A DNA stretch of 64,000 bases from Bauldia sp. (GCA_026126025.1 JAHCJZ010000001.1:333937-397936); one strand, 5' to 3'; positions 9,160-19,021 are shown, counted from the stretch's first letter. Numbers and translations are program-made. Notes: generated by a model not told the origin, from the sequence alone.

Positions 9160-9246
9160 TCGTCACCCCGGCGAAGGCCGGGGTCCAGCGCCACACGAAG
9201 GCCGGAGCGTGTGGCCCTGGATTCCGGCCTTCGCCGGGAATGACGA
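9160..9246. repeat. Family B palindromic intergenic repeat
   Basis: tcgtcaccccggcGAAGgccggggtccag - 28 nt - ctggattccggcCTTCgccgggaatgacga. The arms are reverse complements of each other and each arm is itself a hairpin. It lies between convergent prfB and the M23 peptidase gene. Confidence 0.8.
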
Positions 9247-9282
9247 AAGGGAGAAAAGGCGTGGTCGGCACCAGGCCGAGCG

Positions 9283-10509
9283 CTAGCGCAGGATCGAGCT
9301 GATCTGCTGCCCGGCGCGGACGAAGGGCAGGGGGTCGATCGCCTGGCCGTTGCGGCGGATCTCGTAGTGGAGATGCGGCCCGGTGCTGCGGCCGGTGCTG
9401 CCGGCGCGGCCGACCATCGTCCCGGTCTCGATCACGTCGCCGACGCGCACGGCGATCGACGACATGTGGGCATAGCGCGTGGTGAGCCCGTTGCCATGGT
9501 CAATCTCGACCATCCGGCCATAGCCGCCATTGGTGCCGGCCGAGACGACCCGGCCGGGCGCCGTCGCCCGGATGATGGTGCCGGTCACGGCGCCGAAATC
9601 GACGCCGGTATGGGTCGCGACCTGACCCAGGAACGGATCGCGGCGGCGCCCGAAATTGCTGGTGATCTGGAGATTGGCGAGCGGCTGCGCGAGCGGCAGG
9701 TCGCGCGCATAGGCCTGGAGGCTCGCGAAGGTTTCGAGTTCGCCCGCGACATAGGCGAGGTTGTCGTGGAACGCTTCGGCCGGATCGAGCGGCACGAACG
9801 GACCGCCGACATTGCTCGCCACGTCCGGGTCGTAGCCGATGGATTCCAGCGCGTTCGCGACGCGGCCATTATGTTCGGTGACGGCTTCGGCGAGCGTGGC
9901 CACGGCGGCTTCCTGGTCCGCCTCCAGCGCGGTCATCGCGGCCTCGATCGACGCGATCGTGGCGTCCACGTCGATGCTGCCGGGCGCGATGTCGATCGCG
10001 CCCGTGATCAGCGGATCGAGCACGCGGCCTTCCCCGTCGAGGCGCAGCGGATTGGCGGTCGGCGCCGGGACGAGGGCGGGGAGAACCTCGATCCCGACGC
10101 GGATCGCGTCGGTCGCGACGCCGGTGAGAAGCTGCTGCCGCTCGTTGAGGACGTTCTGCCGGGCGACGAGCTCGCTGATCTGCTGGTCCACCGAATGCTG
10201 CTCGACGAGGCTGCGGCTGACGACGCTGTCGAGCTGCCGGTGCAACTCCGCGATCTCCGCCTCGTAGGTGGCGCGGATTTCGCCTTGATGGGCGAGGGCG
10301 GTGTCGGACTGGCCCTGGAGGTAATAGTAGCCCGCGGCGCCCACCGACCCGACGGCGAGCACCAGTCCCAGCGCGCACAGCGTCAGGATCAGCTTCGGCC
10401 GGATCGTGTAGGACCGGATACGCTCACCACGGGCGATGATGAGGTGATGCGGTTCTTTCCTGGCAGCGGCCCTCGGGGGGCGATGGCCGTGGCCTTTGGC
10501 GCGACTCAT
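9283..10509 (-). CDS. M23 family metallopeptidase with N-terminal TM anchor and coiled-coil region
   Basis: Frame of ORF 9283-10671, with the probable start at the ATG at 10509 (MSRAKGHGH...). It has a TM segment (LILTLCALGLVLAVGSVGAAGYYY) and the LytM motifs HTGVDF and GPHLHYEIR. Confidence 0.85.
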   Translation of the reverse strand: MSRAKGHGHRPPRAAARKEPHHLIIARGERIRSYTIRPKLILTLCALGLVLAVGSVGAAGYYYLQGQSDTALAHQGEIRATYEAEIAELHRQLDSVVSRSLVEQHSVDQQISELVARQNVLNERQQLLTGVATDAIRVGIEVLPALVPAPTANPLRLDGEGRVLDPLITGAIDIAPGSIDVDATIASIEAAMTALEADQEAAVATLAEAVTEHNGRVANALESIGYDPDVASNVGGPFVPLDPAEAFHDNLAYVAGELETFASLQAYARDLPLAQPLANLQITSNFGRRRDPFLGQVATHTGVDFGAVTGTIIRATAPGRVVSAGTNGGYGRMVEIDHGNGLTTRYAHMSSIAVRVGDVIETGTMVGRAGSTGRSTGPHLHYEIRRNGQAIDPLPFVRAGQQISSILR

Positions 10510-10609
10510 TAACGGGCTCCGGAAAGCTCGGGGGTAAGGGGCCGGAACCCGCCTATTTGAGGTGGTTAAGGTTAATGATGTGTTGCGCTGCCGCGATTTT
10601 GCCGAAGTT

Positions 10610-10712
10610 GGAGCACGATCCGAAAAAGCGAATGCCGGTTTTTCGATAAGATCATGCTCCAACAAAGACATAGCGCTAGAGCGAGATTCGACTTGGTCGG
10701 ATCACGCTCTAG
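10610..10712. repeat. Family A double-hairpin intergenic repeat, copy 2
   Basis: ggagcacgatccgaaaaa...tttttcgataagatcatgctcc followed by agagcgagattcgacttggtcggatcacgctctag. It has the same orientation as copy 1, and its terminal cta (10709-10711) is the TAG stop of bcp. Confidence 0.85.
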
Positions 10713-11179
10713 CCTAGGGCGCGGGCGGCATCGAGCACGGCCTGGGCGTGCCCGTCGACCTTCACCTTGCGCCAGATGCGCGCGATCTTGCCGTCGCGGT
10801 CGATGAGGAAGGTGGAGCGATCCACCCCCATATATTCGCGGCCGTAATTGACTTTCTTTACCCAGACGCCGAAGTCGTTCACAAGGGCGCGCTCCTCGTC
10901 GGAGGCCAACGGCACCGTGAGGTTGCACTTCTCCCTGAATTTCGCATGCGAATCCGGTGAATCGGGCGAGACGCCGACCACGGTTGCATTGATCGCCGCG
11001 AAGTCCTTCAGGAGACCGGAGAAGGCGATTGCTTCGGCTGTGCAGCCGGGCGTGTCGTCCTTGGGGTAGAAATAGAGCGCGACGATGCGGCCTTTCATGT
11101 CCGACAGCCGCATGCGGCCGCCCTTGTCGTCCGGAAGGTCGAAATTGGGGGCGGGGGCGCCAACTGTGATCTCGCTCAA
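10709..11179 (-). CDS. bcp: Thioredoxin-dependent thiol peroxidase (peroxiredoxin Bcp)
   Basis: 156 aa: MSEITVGAPAPNFDLPDDKGG...IVALYFYPKDDTPGCTAEA. This is the typical Bcp/PrxQ active-site context. Confidence 0.9.
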   Translation of the reverse strand: MSEITVGAPAPNFDLPDDKGGRMRLSDMKGRIVALYFYPKDDTPGCTAEAIAFSGLLKDFAAINATVVGVSPDSPDSHAKFREKCNLTVPLASDEERALVNDFGVWVKKVNYGREYMGVDRSTFLIDRDGKIARIWRKVKVDGHAQAVLDAARALG

Positions 11180-11346
11180 CGGCCTTCCTTTCGGTAGTTT
11201 TCCTGGCTGAGGATTCTCGCGGTGCGCCGCGCGTTCGACGGGTGGCGACGAGCGGGGCGGTCGGGGACGCTGATCGCAACGAACCGGGTGCGGTCAGGTT
11301 TGGTCAGGATGACGCGATTGGCGGACCGCAGGCAAGACCCCGACGC

Positions 11347-14300
11347 ATGTTGAACGACCCCCGCCGCACGGGAACCGCAGTAGCGACGGTGCCGCCGGGC
11401 GTAGCCGCCCCGGGGGCCACGCCGGCGCGGCGCTCCCGGCTGCGTCTGGCGCTGCGCATCGGGCTCTTCGTCCTCCTCGCGCTGGTCATCCTCGTCGTCG
11501 CGGCCGTGGTCCTGATCCTCAGCGGTCCGGTCGAGCTCGGCTTCCTCCGTGGTCAGGTCGATTCCGCCATCGAACGCGCCCTCGGGCCCGGCTATGAGGC
11601 GACGGTGGAGGGGGCGGCCCTCGACATCGACCCGGTGCTGGGCCTTGTGCTGCGCCTCTCGGACATCTCGGTCGTCGCCGGCGGCGCCCGGCCGGTCGCC
11701 CGCGTCCCCTCGGCGCTGCTGGTCATCAACCCGGCCGGCATCTTCAACTCCGAAGCCGTCATCCGCGCGGTCGAGGTCGACGATCTCTATGTTTCCGTGG
11801 TGCGGGACGGCTCGCTCGTGGCGCTCGGCCGCGCCGCGCCCGTGCCCGCCATCGTGGCCGGGCAGCCCGGTCCCGTCGACGACATCGGACGGCTGATCGA
11901 CGGCGCGGGAGCGCCGGCATTGCCGCCTGTCGCGGCGCCGGTCGCGAATCCGAACCCGGCGGCCGCCGACGCGCCGCCGGCCGGCGCTTTCGATTCCCTC
12001 GCCGCGTCGGTGGAAGCTCTCGAGCAGAGCCTTGAGGAGGCGCTCCGCGTCGCCACCGAATCGGGGTTCGAGAGCTTCGCGGCCTATCGCGCGACCATCG
12101 AGGTCTGGAACGCCGGCAGCCCCGAGCCGCAGCGCTTCACCCGCACCGACGTGCGCCTCGACATCGACCCGGACGCCCGCGAGGTGACCGCGGTCCTGAC
12201 CACTTCCGGCTATTCCGGGCGCTGGACGGCGACGGCCGAGCGGATGGTCAATCCGACCACCGGCAGCCGGTCGCTGTCGGTCGTGTTCTCACAGCTGACC
12301 CTCACCGACATCTTCCCGACGCTCGGCGGCGGCGAGGCGATCATCACCGACATTCCCCTCTACGGGCGGATCTCGGCCCGTTTCGATCCGGAAGGCGCTC
12401 TCGAATCGGCGAGCGCCCGGCTCGACCTCGGCGCCGGCAATCTCGCCTTCGGCCGCGAGGCCGACCCGATGCTTCTCGACGAGGCGACGATCCGCCTCTC
12501 GTGGGACGTCGCCAATGACATGATCGCGGTCGGCCAGTCGCCGTTCTATTTCGGCCCCAGCCAGGCGACCTTCACCGGCTGGATCCGACCCCTCGGCGGT
12601 CGCGACAGCCAGCGCCTCGCCTTCGACCTCGTCGCGCGCGACGCGGTTCTTGCCCCCCGCGATTCCGATGCGCCGCCGCTCGCGGTGGATTCGATCCGCT
12701 TCGCCGGCGATATCGACCTGTCGCGGCGGCTTCTCACTTTCGATACGGCGGCGCTGTCGTCGCGCGAAGGGTCGCTCGTCGCGGCCGGCAGCATCGGGTT
12801 CGAGGACGCCGGCGCCTCCGTCGCGCTTTCCGCTTCGCTGACCGAGATGCCGATCACCGTCCTCAAGCAGATCTGGCCGGTGGGCCTTGCCGATGGCGGC
12901 CGCCGCTGGGCGCTCCGCGCGCTGCGGGGCGGGCGCGTCCTCGACGGCAGCATCAGCGTCGCCATTCCGGCCGGCACGATGAAGGTCGGCGTGCCCGCCG
13001 TGCTGACGCCGGACATGCTCCGCGTCCAGGTCGATCTCGCCGACACTTCGTTCATCGCCGTGGACGGCTTTCCCGAGGTGACCGGGGCCAACGGCGTGGC
13101 GGTGCTGTCGGGTTCGACCTTCGGCGTCGATCTCTCGTCGGGAACGATCACGACGCCGCTCGGCCAGACGGTTGAGATCACCGCGGCGGCGTTCGCCATT
13201 CCCGACACCAGCTCCGGCATTTCGCTCGCCCAGCTCGAGGCGACCGGAATCGGCAGCGCCAGCGCCTTTGCCGAGCTCGCCAATCTCGATCCGCTCAACG
13301 CGCTGGAGACCTACGGTATCCAGCCGGGCGACGTGGCCGGCGACGGCAATGCGCGTGTTTCCGCGCGCTGGCAGCTCGACGAGGCGGTCGACTTCGAGGG
13401 CGTCGACTGGCAGGTGACGCTGAACCTGTCGGACTTCGCCAGCACGGTCCCGATCGAGGGCCGCACGATCACGCAGGGGCAGCTCGTTCTCAGCATCGAC
13501 CCGACGATGTTCTCGATCGCCGGCCGCGGCCTCGTCGACGGCACCCCGGCGGATGTCGACCTGGCGTTCCCGCTCCTTGAAGGCGCGGGCGGGCGGCAGC
13601 AGATCAGGCTGGTCCTCGACGAGGAGTCGCGAAGCCGCCTCGGCTTCAACCTCGAAGGTTTCCTCGGCGGCACGGTGCTGGCGTCAATGAGCGACAGCGG
13701 CGACCCCGCGCGCGGCCAGCATTACGAGCTCGACCTTCGGCAGGCGCGGGTGATGCTGACGCCGCTGGGCTGGACCAAGGGCATCGGCGTCCCGGCCACC
13801 ATGGCGTTCGACCTGGTCACGACGCCGGACGGCTTCTGGGTGAAAGACATCGTCCTCACCGGCGACGGCTTCGGCTTTTCCGGCGAAGCGTGGATGGACG
13901 CCAATTACGGCGTGCTGGGTGCGCGGATCGAGGATTTCCACCTGCGGCGCGACGACAACATCTCGTTCACGCTTACCCGCGAGGGCGAGGGCTGGCGGAT
14001 CGACGCCGAGGGCGAAGCGCTCGACGTGCGCGGCGTGGTCGCCGAGATCGGGTCGAGCTTCACGGGCGCTGCCGGCGGCGGAACCGATCTTGTCATCGAG
14101 GGCGAGGTCGATCGCCTCATCGGCTTCAACGGCCAGACCATCGAGGACGCTTCGCTGTCGCTGGTGATCGACGACGGCACCATGCTCCACGCCGAGATCA
14201 CCGGCACCCTCAACGGAACCCCGCTGACCGCGGTCTACGGCGACCCGCCGAACGCCAACGCCATCATCAACGTCACCTCGACCGATGGCGGCGCGCTCCT

Positions 14301-14832
14301 CGCCTTCGTCAACCTCTACACCCGGGCCCATGGCGGCACGCTGTCGATCGTCGGCCGGTCGGCGGCGCCTGAAGCGCCGCTGCAGGGCCGGCTGGAGATG
14401 GTCAATTTCAGCATCGTCGACGAGCCGGCGCTGGTGCGGCTGATGGCGCCGTCGACACCTGCCGGCCAGGCGCCGCCCACCGACCTAGCCGTCGACACGT
14501 TCGACTTCGATTTCACCCAGCGCGGCTCGACCATCTTCGTCGAGGAGGGGCTCCTGCGCGGCGGCACCGCCGGCGCCACCTGGGCCGGCTCGCTCGACAT
14601 GGCGCTCGGCCAGCTCAACCTCACCGGCACCTACATCCCGGCCTACGAGCTCAACAACATGTTCGGCCGCATCCCCATCCTCGGCCTCGCCCTCGGCGGC
14701 GGCCAGGAGGGGGGCCTCTTCGGCATCACCTTCCGCGTCTCGGGGCCGCTCGATTCGGTTCAGCTGGAAGTGAACCCGCTTTCCGCGATCGCGCCGGGCA
14801 TCCTGCGCAAGATCTTCGAGTTCGCGCCGTGA
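11347..14832 (+). CDS. AsmA/YhdP-like giant envelope protein (DUF3971-type)
   Basis: Frame of ORF 11242-14832, with the ATG at 11347 (MLNDPRR...). It has a single N-terminal TM (LRIGLFVLLALVILVVAAVVLIL). The body is very long, Gly/Ala/Thr-rich and predicted to be beta-rich. The C-terminus (GLFGITFRVSGPLDSVQLEVNPLSAIAPGILRKIFEF) resembles the AsmA-like C-terminal region. Confidence 0.7.
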   Translation: MLNDPRRTGTAVATVPPGVAAPGATPARRSRLRLALRIGLFVLLALVILVVAAVVLILSGPVELGFLRGQVDSAIERALGPGYEATVEGAALDIDPVLGLVLRLSDISVVAGGARPVARVPSALLVINPAGIFNSEAVIRAVEVDDLYVSVVRDGSLVALGRAAPVPAIVAGQPGPVDDIGRLIDGAGAPALPPVAAPVANPNPAAADAPPAGAFDSLAASVEALEQSLEEALRVATESGFESFAAYRATIEVWNAGSPEPQRFTRTDVRLDIDPDAREVTAVLTTSGYSGRWTATAERMVNPTTGSRSLSVVFSQLTLTDIFPTLGGGEAIITDIPLYGRISARFDPEGALESASARLDLGAGNLAFGREADPMLLDEATIRLSWDVANDMIAVGQSPFYFGPSQATFTGWIRPLGGRDSQRLAFDLVARDAVLAPRDSDAPPLAVDSIRFAGDIDLSRRLLTFDTAALSSREGSLVAAGSIGFEDAGASVALSASLTEMPITVLKQIWPVGLADGGRRWALRALRGGRVLDGSISVAIPAGTMKVGVPAVLTPDMLRVQVDLADTSFIAVDGFPEVTGANGVAVLSGSTFGVDLSSGTITTPLGQTVEITAAAFAIPDTSSGISLAQLEATGIGSASAFAELANLDPLNALETYGIQPGDVAGDGNARVSARWQLDEAVDFEGVDWQVTLNLSDFASTVPIEGRTITQGQLVLSIDPTMFSIAGRGLVDGTPADVDLAFPLLEGAGGRQQIRLVLDEESRSRLGFNLEGFLGGTVLASMSDSGDPARGQHYELDLRQARVMLTPLGWTKGIGVPATMAFDLVTTPDGFWVKDIVLTGDGFGFSGEAWMDANYGVLGARIEDFHLRRDDNISFTLTREGEGWRIDAEGEALDVRGVVAEIGSSFTGAAGGGTDLVIEGEVDRLIGFNGQTIEDASLSLVIDDGTMLHAEITGTLNGTPLTAVYGDPPNANAIINVTSTDGGALLAFVNLYTRAHGGTLSIVGRSAAPEAPLQGRLEMVNFSIVDEPALVRLMAPSTPAGQAPPTDLAVDTFDFDFTQRGSTIFVEEGLLRGGTAGATWAGSLDMALGQLNLTGTYIPAYELNNMFGRIPILGLALGGGQEGGLFGITFRVSGPLDSVQLEVNPLSAIAPGILRKIFEFAP

Positions 14833-14980
14833 CATCCGGATGATCGCGATCGTCCAATACATCAGTTTAGAACGGCTAAAGTCTTGATATTTATGTTTGA
14901 CCGCCCTCGATCGGTCCGAAATAAAGCCTGAGGATTTTCACCGCGAGGCAAGCGAGCCGGCGCGACCCCGCCACGGACTG

Positions 14981-16075
14981 ATGTCATTGCTTGACGTTCC
15001 CCGCGCCACGGTCGATGGCCTCACCCAGCCGGCTCTGGTCGTCAGCGGCATCTCCCATCGCTTCCGTGGCCTTCAGGCCCTCGATGACGTCTCCTTCGCG
15101 ACGGCTCGCGGCGAGATCACGTGTCTGGTCGGCCAGTCCGGCTGCGGCAAGTCGACCTTGCTGCGCGTGATCGCGGGGATCGAACGTCCTGAGGCCGGCG
15201 ACGTGTTCATCGGCGGCCGGCCGGTGACCGCCTCGGACACGTTCGTCGAGCCCGAACATCGCGGCGTCGGTTTCATGTTCCAGGACTACGCGCTGTTCCC
15301 GCACCTCACCGGGCGCGCCAACATCGCTTTCGGATTGCGGCAGCTGGAACGAAGGGAGCGCCGCCGGCGCGTCGACGAGATCGTCGACCGAATGGGCATC
15401 GCCGACCTGGTCGATCGCTATCCGCACACGCTGTCCGGAGGCGAGCAGCAGCGGGTTGCTCTGGCGCGGGCCCTGGCGCCGCAGCCGGAAGTGCTGCTGA
15501 TGGACGAGCCGTTCTCCAATCTCGACCCCGTCCTGCGGGACGCGATCCGCGCCGACACCCTCGATCTGCTGCGGTCCCTCGGGATCACGGCGATCATGGT
15601 GACACACGACCCCGAAGAGGCCCTGTCGTCCGGCGATCGGGTTGTGCTCATGCGCGCCGGACGGATCGTCCAGAAGGGACGGTCGCAGGAGATCTACGAC
15701 GCGCCGGCCAGTGCGTACGCCGCCGGCTTCTTCTCCCGCTTCAATCGCATTCCTGCCCGCCGCGACGCCGGCGAGCTGATCTCGGTGTTCGGCCGGTTTG
15801 CCGTTCCCGAGGGAGCGCCGGCCGGCGCGGAGATGCTGCTCTTCGTCCGGCCGCAATCGATCCGCCTCACATCGGAAGGCGTCGGCGCGCGGGTTGCCGG
15901 ATTGGCGTTCATGGGCGAGCAGGAAGAGCTGCGTCTTGAGGTCGCGGGGCTCTCGCGCCCTGTCGTCCTTCGCGCCCGGGGACGGTCCGGCGTGTCGATC
16001 GGTGACGCGGTCAAGGTCGCCGTCGCGGCAGACGGGCACCTTGCCTTTGCTCTTGATGATACTGGTCTTTCGTAG
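14981..16075 (+). CDS. Fe(3+)/polyamine-type ABC transporter ATP-binding protein (FbpC-like)
   Basis: Walker A is GQSGCGKST, the signature is LSGGEQQRVALARAL and Walker B is LLMDEPFSNLD, with a C-terminal TOBE-like tail. The ATG at 14981 is preferred over the TTG at 14897. Confidence 0.85.
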   Translation: MSLLDVPRATVDGLTQPALVVSGISHRFRGLQALDDVSFATARGEITCLVGQSGCGKSTLLRVIAGIERPEAGDVFIGGRPVTASDTFVEPEHRGVGFMFQDYALFPHLTGRANIAFGLRQLERRERRRRVDEIVDRMGIADLVDRYPHTLSGGEQQRVALARALAPQPEVLLMDEPFSNLDPVLRDAIRADTLDLLRSLGITAIMVTHDPEEALSSGDRVVLMRAGRIVQKGRSQEIYDAPASAYAAGFFSRFNRIPARRDAGELISVFGRFAVPEGAPAGAEMLLFVRPQSIRLTSEGVGARVAGLAFMGEQEELRLEVAGLSRPVVLRARGRSGVSIGDAVKVAVAADGHLAFALDDTGLS

Positions 16076-16261
16076 CTGAATTGAACTGTTCCAGACAGAC
16101 GATCGGAGTCTATCCAACAGATTGGAATTGATCTAAGTAAGTGTAGGGAGGATTTCCCGGTTAGATATCCAAACTATAATCATTACAATATTCCCCGGAT
16201 ATCCTTTGACTGGAGCCATGGCGTCAGGAATCTCGGGCGAGCAACCAGGTTCGTCCAGAAA

Positions 16262-17296
16262 ATGAGGTACGCCATGAGGAAGAAGAGTTTCAAAGTTTGT
16301 TCCGGCCTTGCCGGTCTGTTCGCTTTGTCGGCGGCAGCCCCGGCCATGGCCGACGTGAACATCTACACGACGCGTGAGCCCGGCCTGATCCAGCCGCTGC
16401 TCGAGGCGTTCACCGCCTCTACGGGCGTCGCCGTCAACACGGTGTTTCTGCAGGATGGCATCGCCGAGCGCGTGCGCGCGGAGGGCGAAAGCTCGCCGGC
16501 CGACATCCTGATGACCGTCGATTTCGGCGCCCTGATCGATCTGACGACGCAAGGCCTGACCCAGCCGGTCGAATCCGAGATTCTGGAAGCCGTCATACCG
16601 CCGGCCTTGCGGGGCGAGGACGGCAGCTGGTTCGCATTGTCGCTTCGCGCGCGCGTACTCTACGTCAATCCCGAGCTGGGCCTGACGGAGTTCACATACG
16701 AGCAGCTCGACGACGAGGAATGGCGCGACCGCCTCTGCATCCGTTCGGGCCAGCATCCGTACAATACGGCGATGATCGCCTCCTACATCGCGCATTATGG
16801 CGAGGAAGCAGCCGAAGCCTGGCTGGCGGGCGTCAAGGACAATCAGGCCCGCCCCGCGACCGGCGGCGACCGCGACGGTGCGCGTGACATCGCGGCCGGC
16901 ATCTGCGACATCGCCGTCGCCAACTCGTACTATGTCGGCCTCATGCGCAGCGGCGCCGGCGGGCCGGATCAGCAGACCTGGGGAGACGCGATCGACGTGA
17001 TCCTCCCGACCTTCGAGGGCGGCGGGACCATCGTCAACATCACCGGGGCCAGCGTTGCTCGCCACTCGCCGAACCGCGACGAGGCGATCCAGCTTCTGGA
17101 GTATCTTGTCTCCGATGAAGCGCAGCGCATCTACGCCGAGGCCAACTACGAATATCCGGTCGCGGCCACCGCAGTTGTGCATCCGATCATCGCCGAACTC
17201 GGCGATCTGCAGCCCGACGAGATGTCGCTCGACGAGATCCTGCCGTTCCGCACGCTGGCGAGCGAGCTGGTCGACCGGGTCGGCTTCGACAACTAG
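16262..17296 (+). CDS. Fe(3+) ABC transporter periplasmic substrate-binding protein (FbpA/AfuA-like)
   Basis: 344 aa with signal peptide ...LFALSAAAPAMA. The mature start DVNIYTTREPGLIQPLLEAFT and the later ANSYYVG are typical of ferric-binding proteins. Confidence 0.85.
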   Translation: MRYAMRKKSFKVCSGLAGLFALSAAAPAMADVNIYTTREPGLIQPLLEAFTASTGVAVNTVFLQDGIAERVRAEGESSPADILMTVDFGALIDLTTQGLTQPVESEILEAVIPPALRGEDGSWFALSLRARVLYVNPELGLTEFTYEQLDDEEWRDRLCIRSGQHPYNTAMIASYIAHYGEEAAEAWLAGVKDNQARPATGGDRDGARDIAAGICDIAVANSYYVGLMRSGAGGPDQQTWGDAIDVILPTFEGGGTIVNITGASVARHSPNRDEAIQLLEYLVSDEAQRIYAEANYEYPVAATAVVHPIIAELGDLQPDEMSLDEILPFRTLASELVDRVGFDN

Positions 17297-17340
17297 CCGA
17301 CGGATGGCTGGCGCCCATCCTGCGCCAGCCATCACCTGCA

Positions 17341-19005
17341 ATGACTAGCATCTCGACCAGAACCGGGCGCAGGCTGCGCGCCCCCGGTCGTGGGTGGCTG
17401 GCCGTATCGATCGCGATCGCCGCGTTGGCTCTCCTGCCGATTGCGGCGATCGCCGTCACCGCGGTCGAAGACACCGGCGGGTTGTGGTCCCATATCATCG
17501 CCAATGTTCTGCCGGAGGCGACGCGCAACACGCTCGTCCTTCTCGTCGGCACCGGCGTCATCGCGACCGCGATCGGCGTGGCGGCGGCCTGGCTGGTGAC
17601 CGCCTACGATTTCCCGGGCCGGCGCGTGCTCGAATGGGCGCTGCTGCTGCCGCTCGCCGTGCCGACCTACATCATGGCCTACGCCTATCTCGATATCATG
17701 CACCCGCTCGGACCGGTGCAGGGTGTCCTCCGGGATATCCTCGGATACTCCAGCCCGCGCGAGTTTCGCCTGCCCGACATCCGCGCGATGTGGGGCTGCA
17801 TCCTCGTCTTCGGCTTCGCGCTCTATCCGTATGTCTACCTGACGACGCGGGCGATGTTCCTGACGCAGGCCGCAAACCTCGTCGAGGTGTCCCGCACGCT
17901 GGGCGTGTCGCGCCGCGCGATGCTGTGGCGGATCGGCGTGCCCCTCGCGCGGCCCGCGATAGCCGTGGGCGTGACCCTCGCTCTCATGGAGGCGCTCAAC
18001 GATGTGGGCGCCGCCCAGTTCCTTGGCGTGCGCACGCTAACGGCGTCGGTCTATTCAACCTGGATCGTGCGATCCGATCTTGCTGGCGCGGCGCAGATCG
18101 CGGTCGCCATGCTGGTCTTCGTCATTGCCCTCGTCCTCGTGGAGCGGTGGGCGCGCGGCAATCGGCGCTATGCCCATAACGGCCAGCGGCCGCGGCCGAT
18201 GCAGCCGCATCGACTGAAGCGGGCGCGAGGGATCGGTGCGCTCGTCCTGGGGACGCTGCCGATCGCCATCGGCTTCCTCGGCCCCGCGCTCTATCTCCTG
18301 ACCGAGGCGATCGAGCGGATCGACTATGCCGGCCTGTCGCCCCAACTCGTCCGCGCTGCGCTCAACACCGTCACCATGGCGGCCGTCGCGACCCTTGTGG
18401 TGCTCGCGGCCGGCTTTGCGGTCGCCTACGCCGCCCGGCTCCGACCCGGCCATGTCAGCGGCACTTCGGCCAGGATCGCCGCCTTGGGCTACGCGGTCCC
18501 GGGAACGGTGCTGGCAATCGGCATCCTCATCCCGGTCGCCGCCTTCGATCGCTTCATCGACGGGGCCATGCGCGACCTCTTCGGCACCTCGATCGGCCTC
18601 CTGATGCTCGGCTCCGGTGCGGCGCTGGTCTATGCCTATGCGGCGCGCTTTCTCGCGATCGCCTCCGGCTCCATCGAGGCCGGCCTCAGCCGTATTCCGT
18701 TGTCCTACGATCACGCCGCACGCACGCTCGGCCGGTCGTCGACCGGTGCGCTCGTTGCCGTCCACCTGCCGCTGGCGCGAACGGCCGCGATCGCCGCCGG
18801 CCTGCTGGTGTTCGTCGACTGTATGAAGGAGCTCCCGGCGACGCTGCTGCTGCGCCCGCTCAACTTCGAGAGCCTGTCCACGCTCCTCTACGGCGAAGCC
18901 GCGAGAGGCACCTATGAGGACGCCTCGCTCGCGGCGCTGCTCATCATGGTCATCGGCATACTGCCCGTGATCGTGCTCGCCAGGACGGGCGCGCCGCGGC
19001 CCTGA
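17341..19005 (+). CDS. Iron ABC transporter permease (fused double permease, FbpB-like)
   Basis: 554 aa polytopic membrane protein with two repeated permease halves, directly downstream of the SBP gene. Confidence 0.85.
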   Translation: MTSISTRTGRRLRAPGRGWLAVSIAIAALALLPIAAIAVTAVEDTGGLWSHIIANVLPEATRNTLVLLVGTGVIATAIGVAAAWLVTAYDFPGRRVLEWALLLPLAVPTYIMAYAYLDIMHPLGPVQGVLRDILGYSSPREFRLPDIRAMWGCILVFGFALYPYVYLTTRAMFLTQAANLVEVSRTLGVSRRAMLWRIGVPLARPAIAVGVTLALMEALNDVGAAQFLGVRTLTASVYSTWIVRSDLAGAAQIAVAMLVFVIALVLVERWARGNRRYAHNGQRPRPMQPHRLKRARGIGALVLGTLPIAIGFLGPALYLLTEAIERIDYAGLSPQLVRAALNTVTMAAVATLVVLAAGFAVAYAARLRPGHVSGTSARIAALGYAVPGTVLAIGILIPVAAFDRFIDGAMRDLFGTSIGLLMLGSGAALVYAYAARFLAIASGSIEAGLSRIPLSYDHAARTLGRSSTGALVAVHLPLARTAAIAAGLLVFVDCMKELPATLLLRPLNFESLSTLLYGEAARGTYEDASLAALLIMVIGILPVIVLARTGAPRP

Positions 19006-19021
19006 CGCGTCCCCCGGAGGC

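Noticed and set aside
14866-14880. Declaring the TTTAG-N5-CTAAA repeat a bona fide Irr ICE box.
   Set aside because: The arm spacing is 2 nt shorter than the ICE consensus and only the 5-nt cores match. It is kept only as a low-confidence candidate operator.
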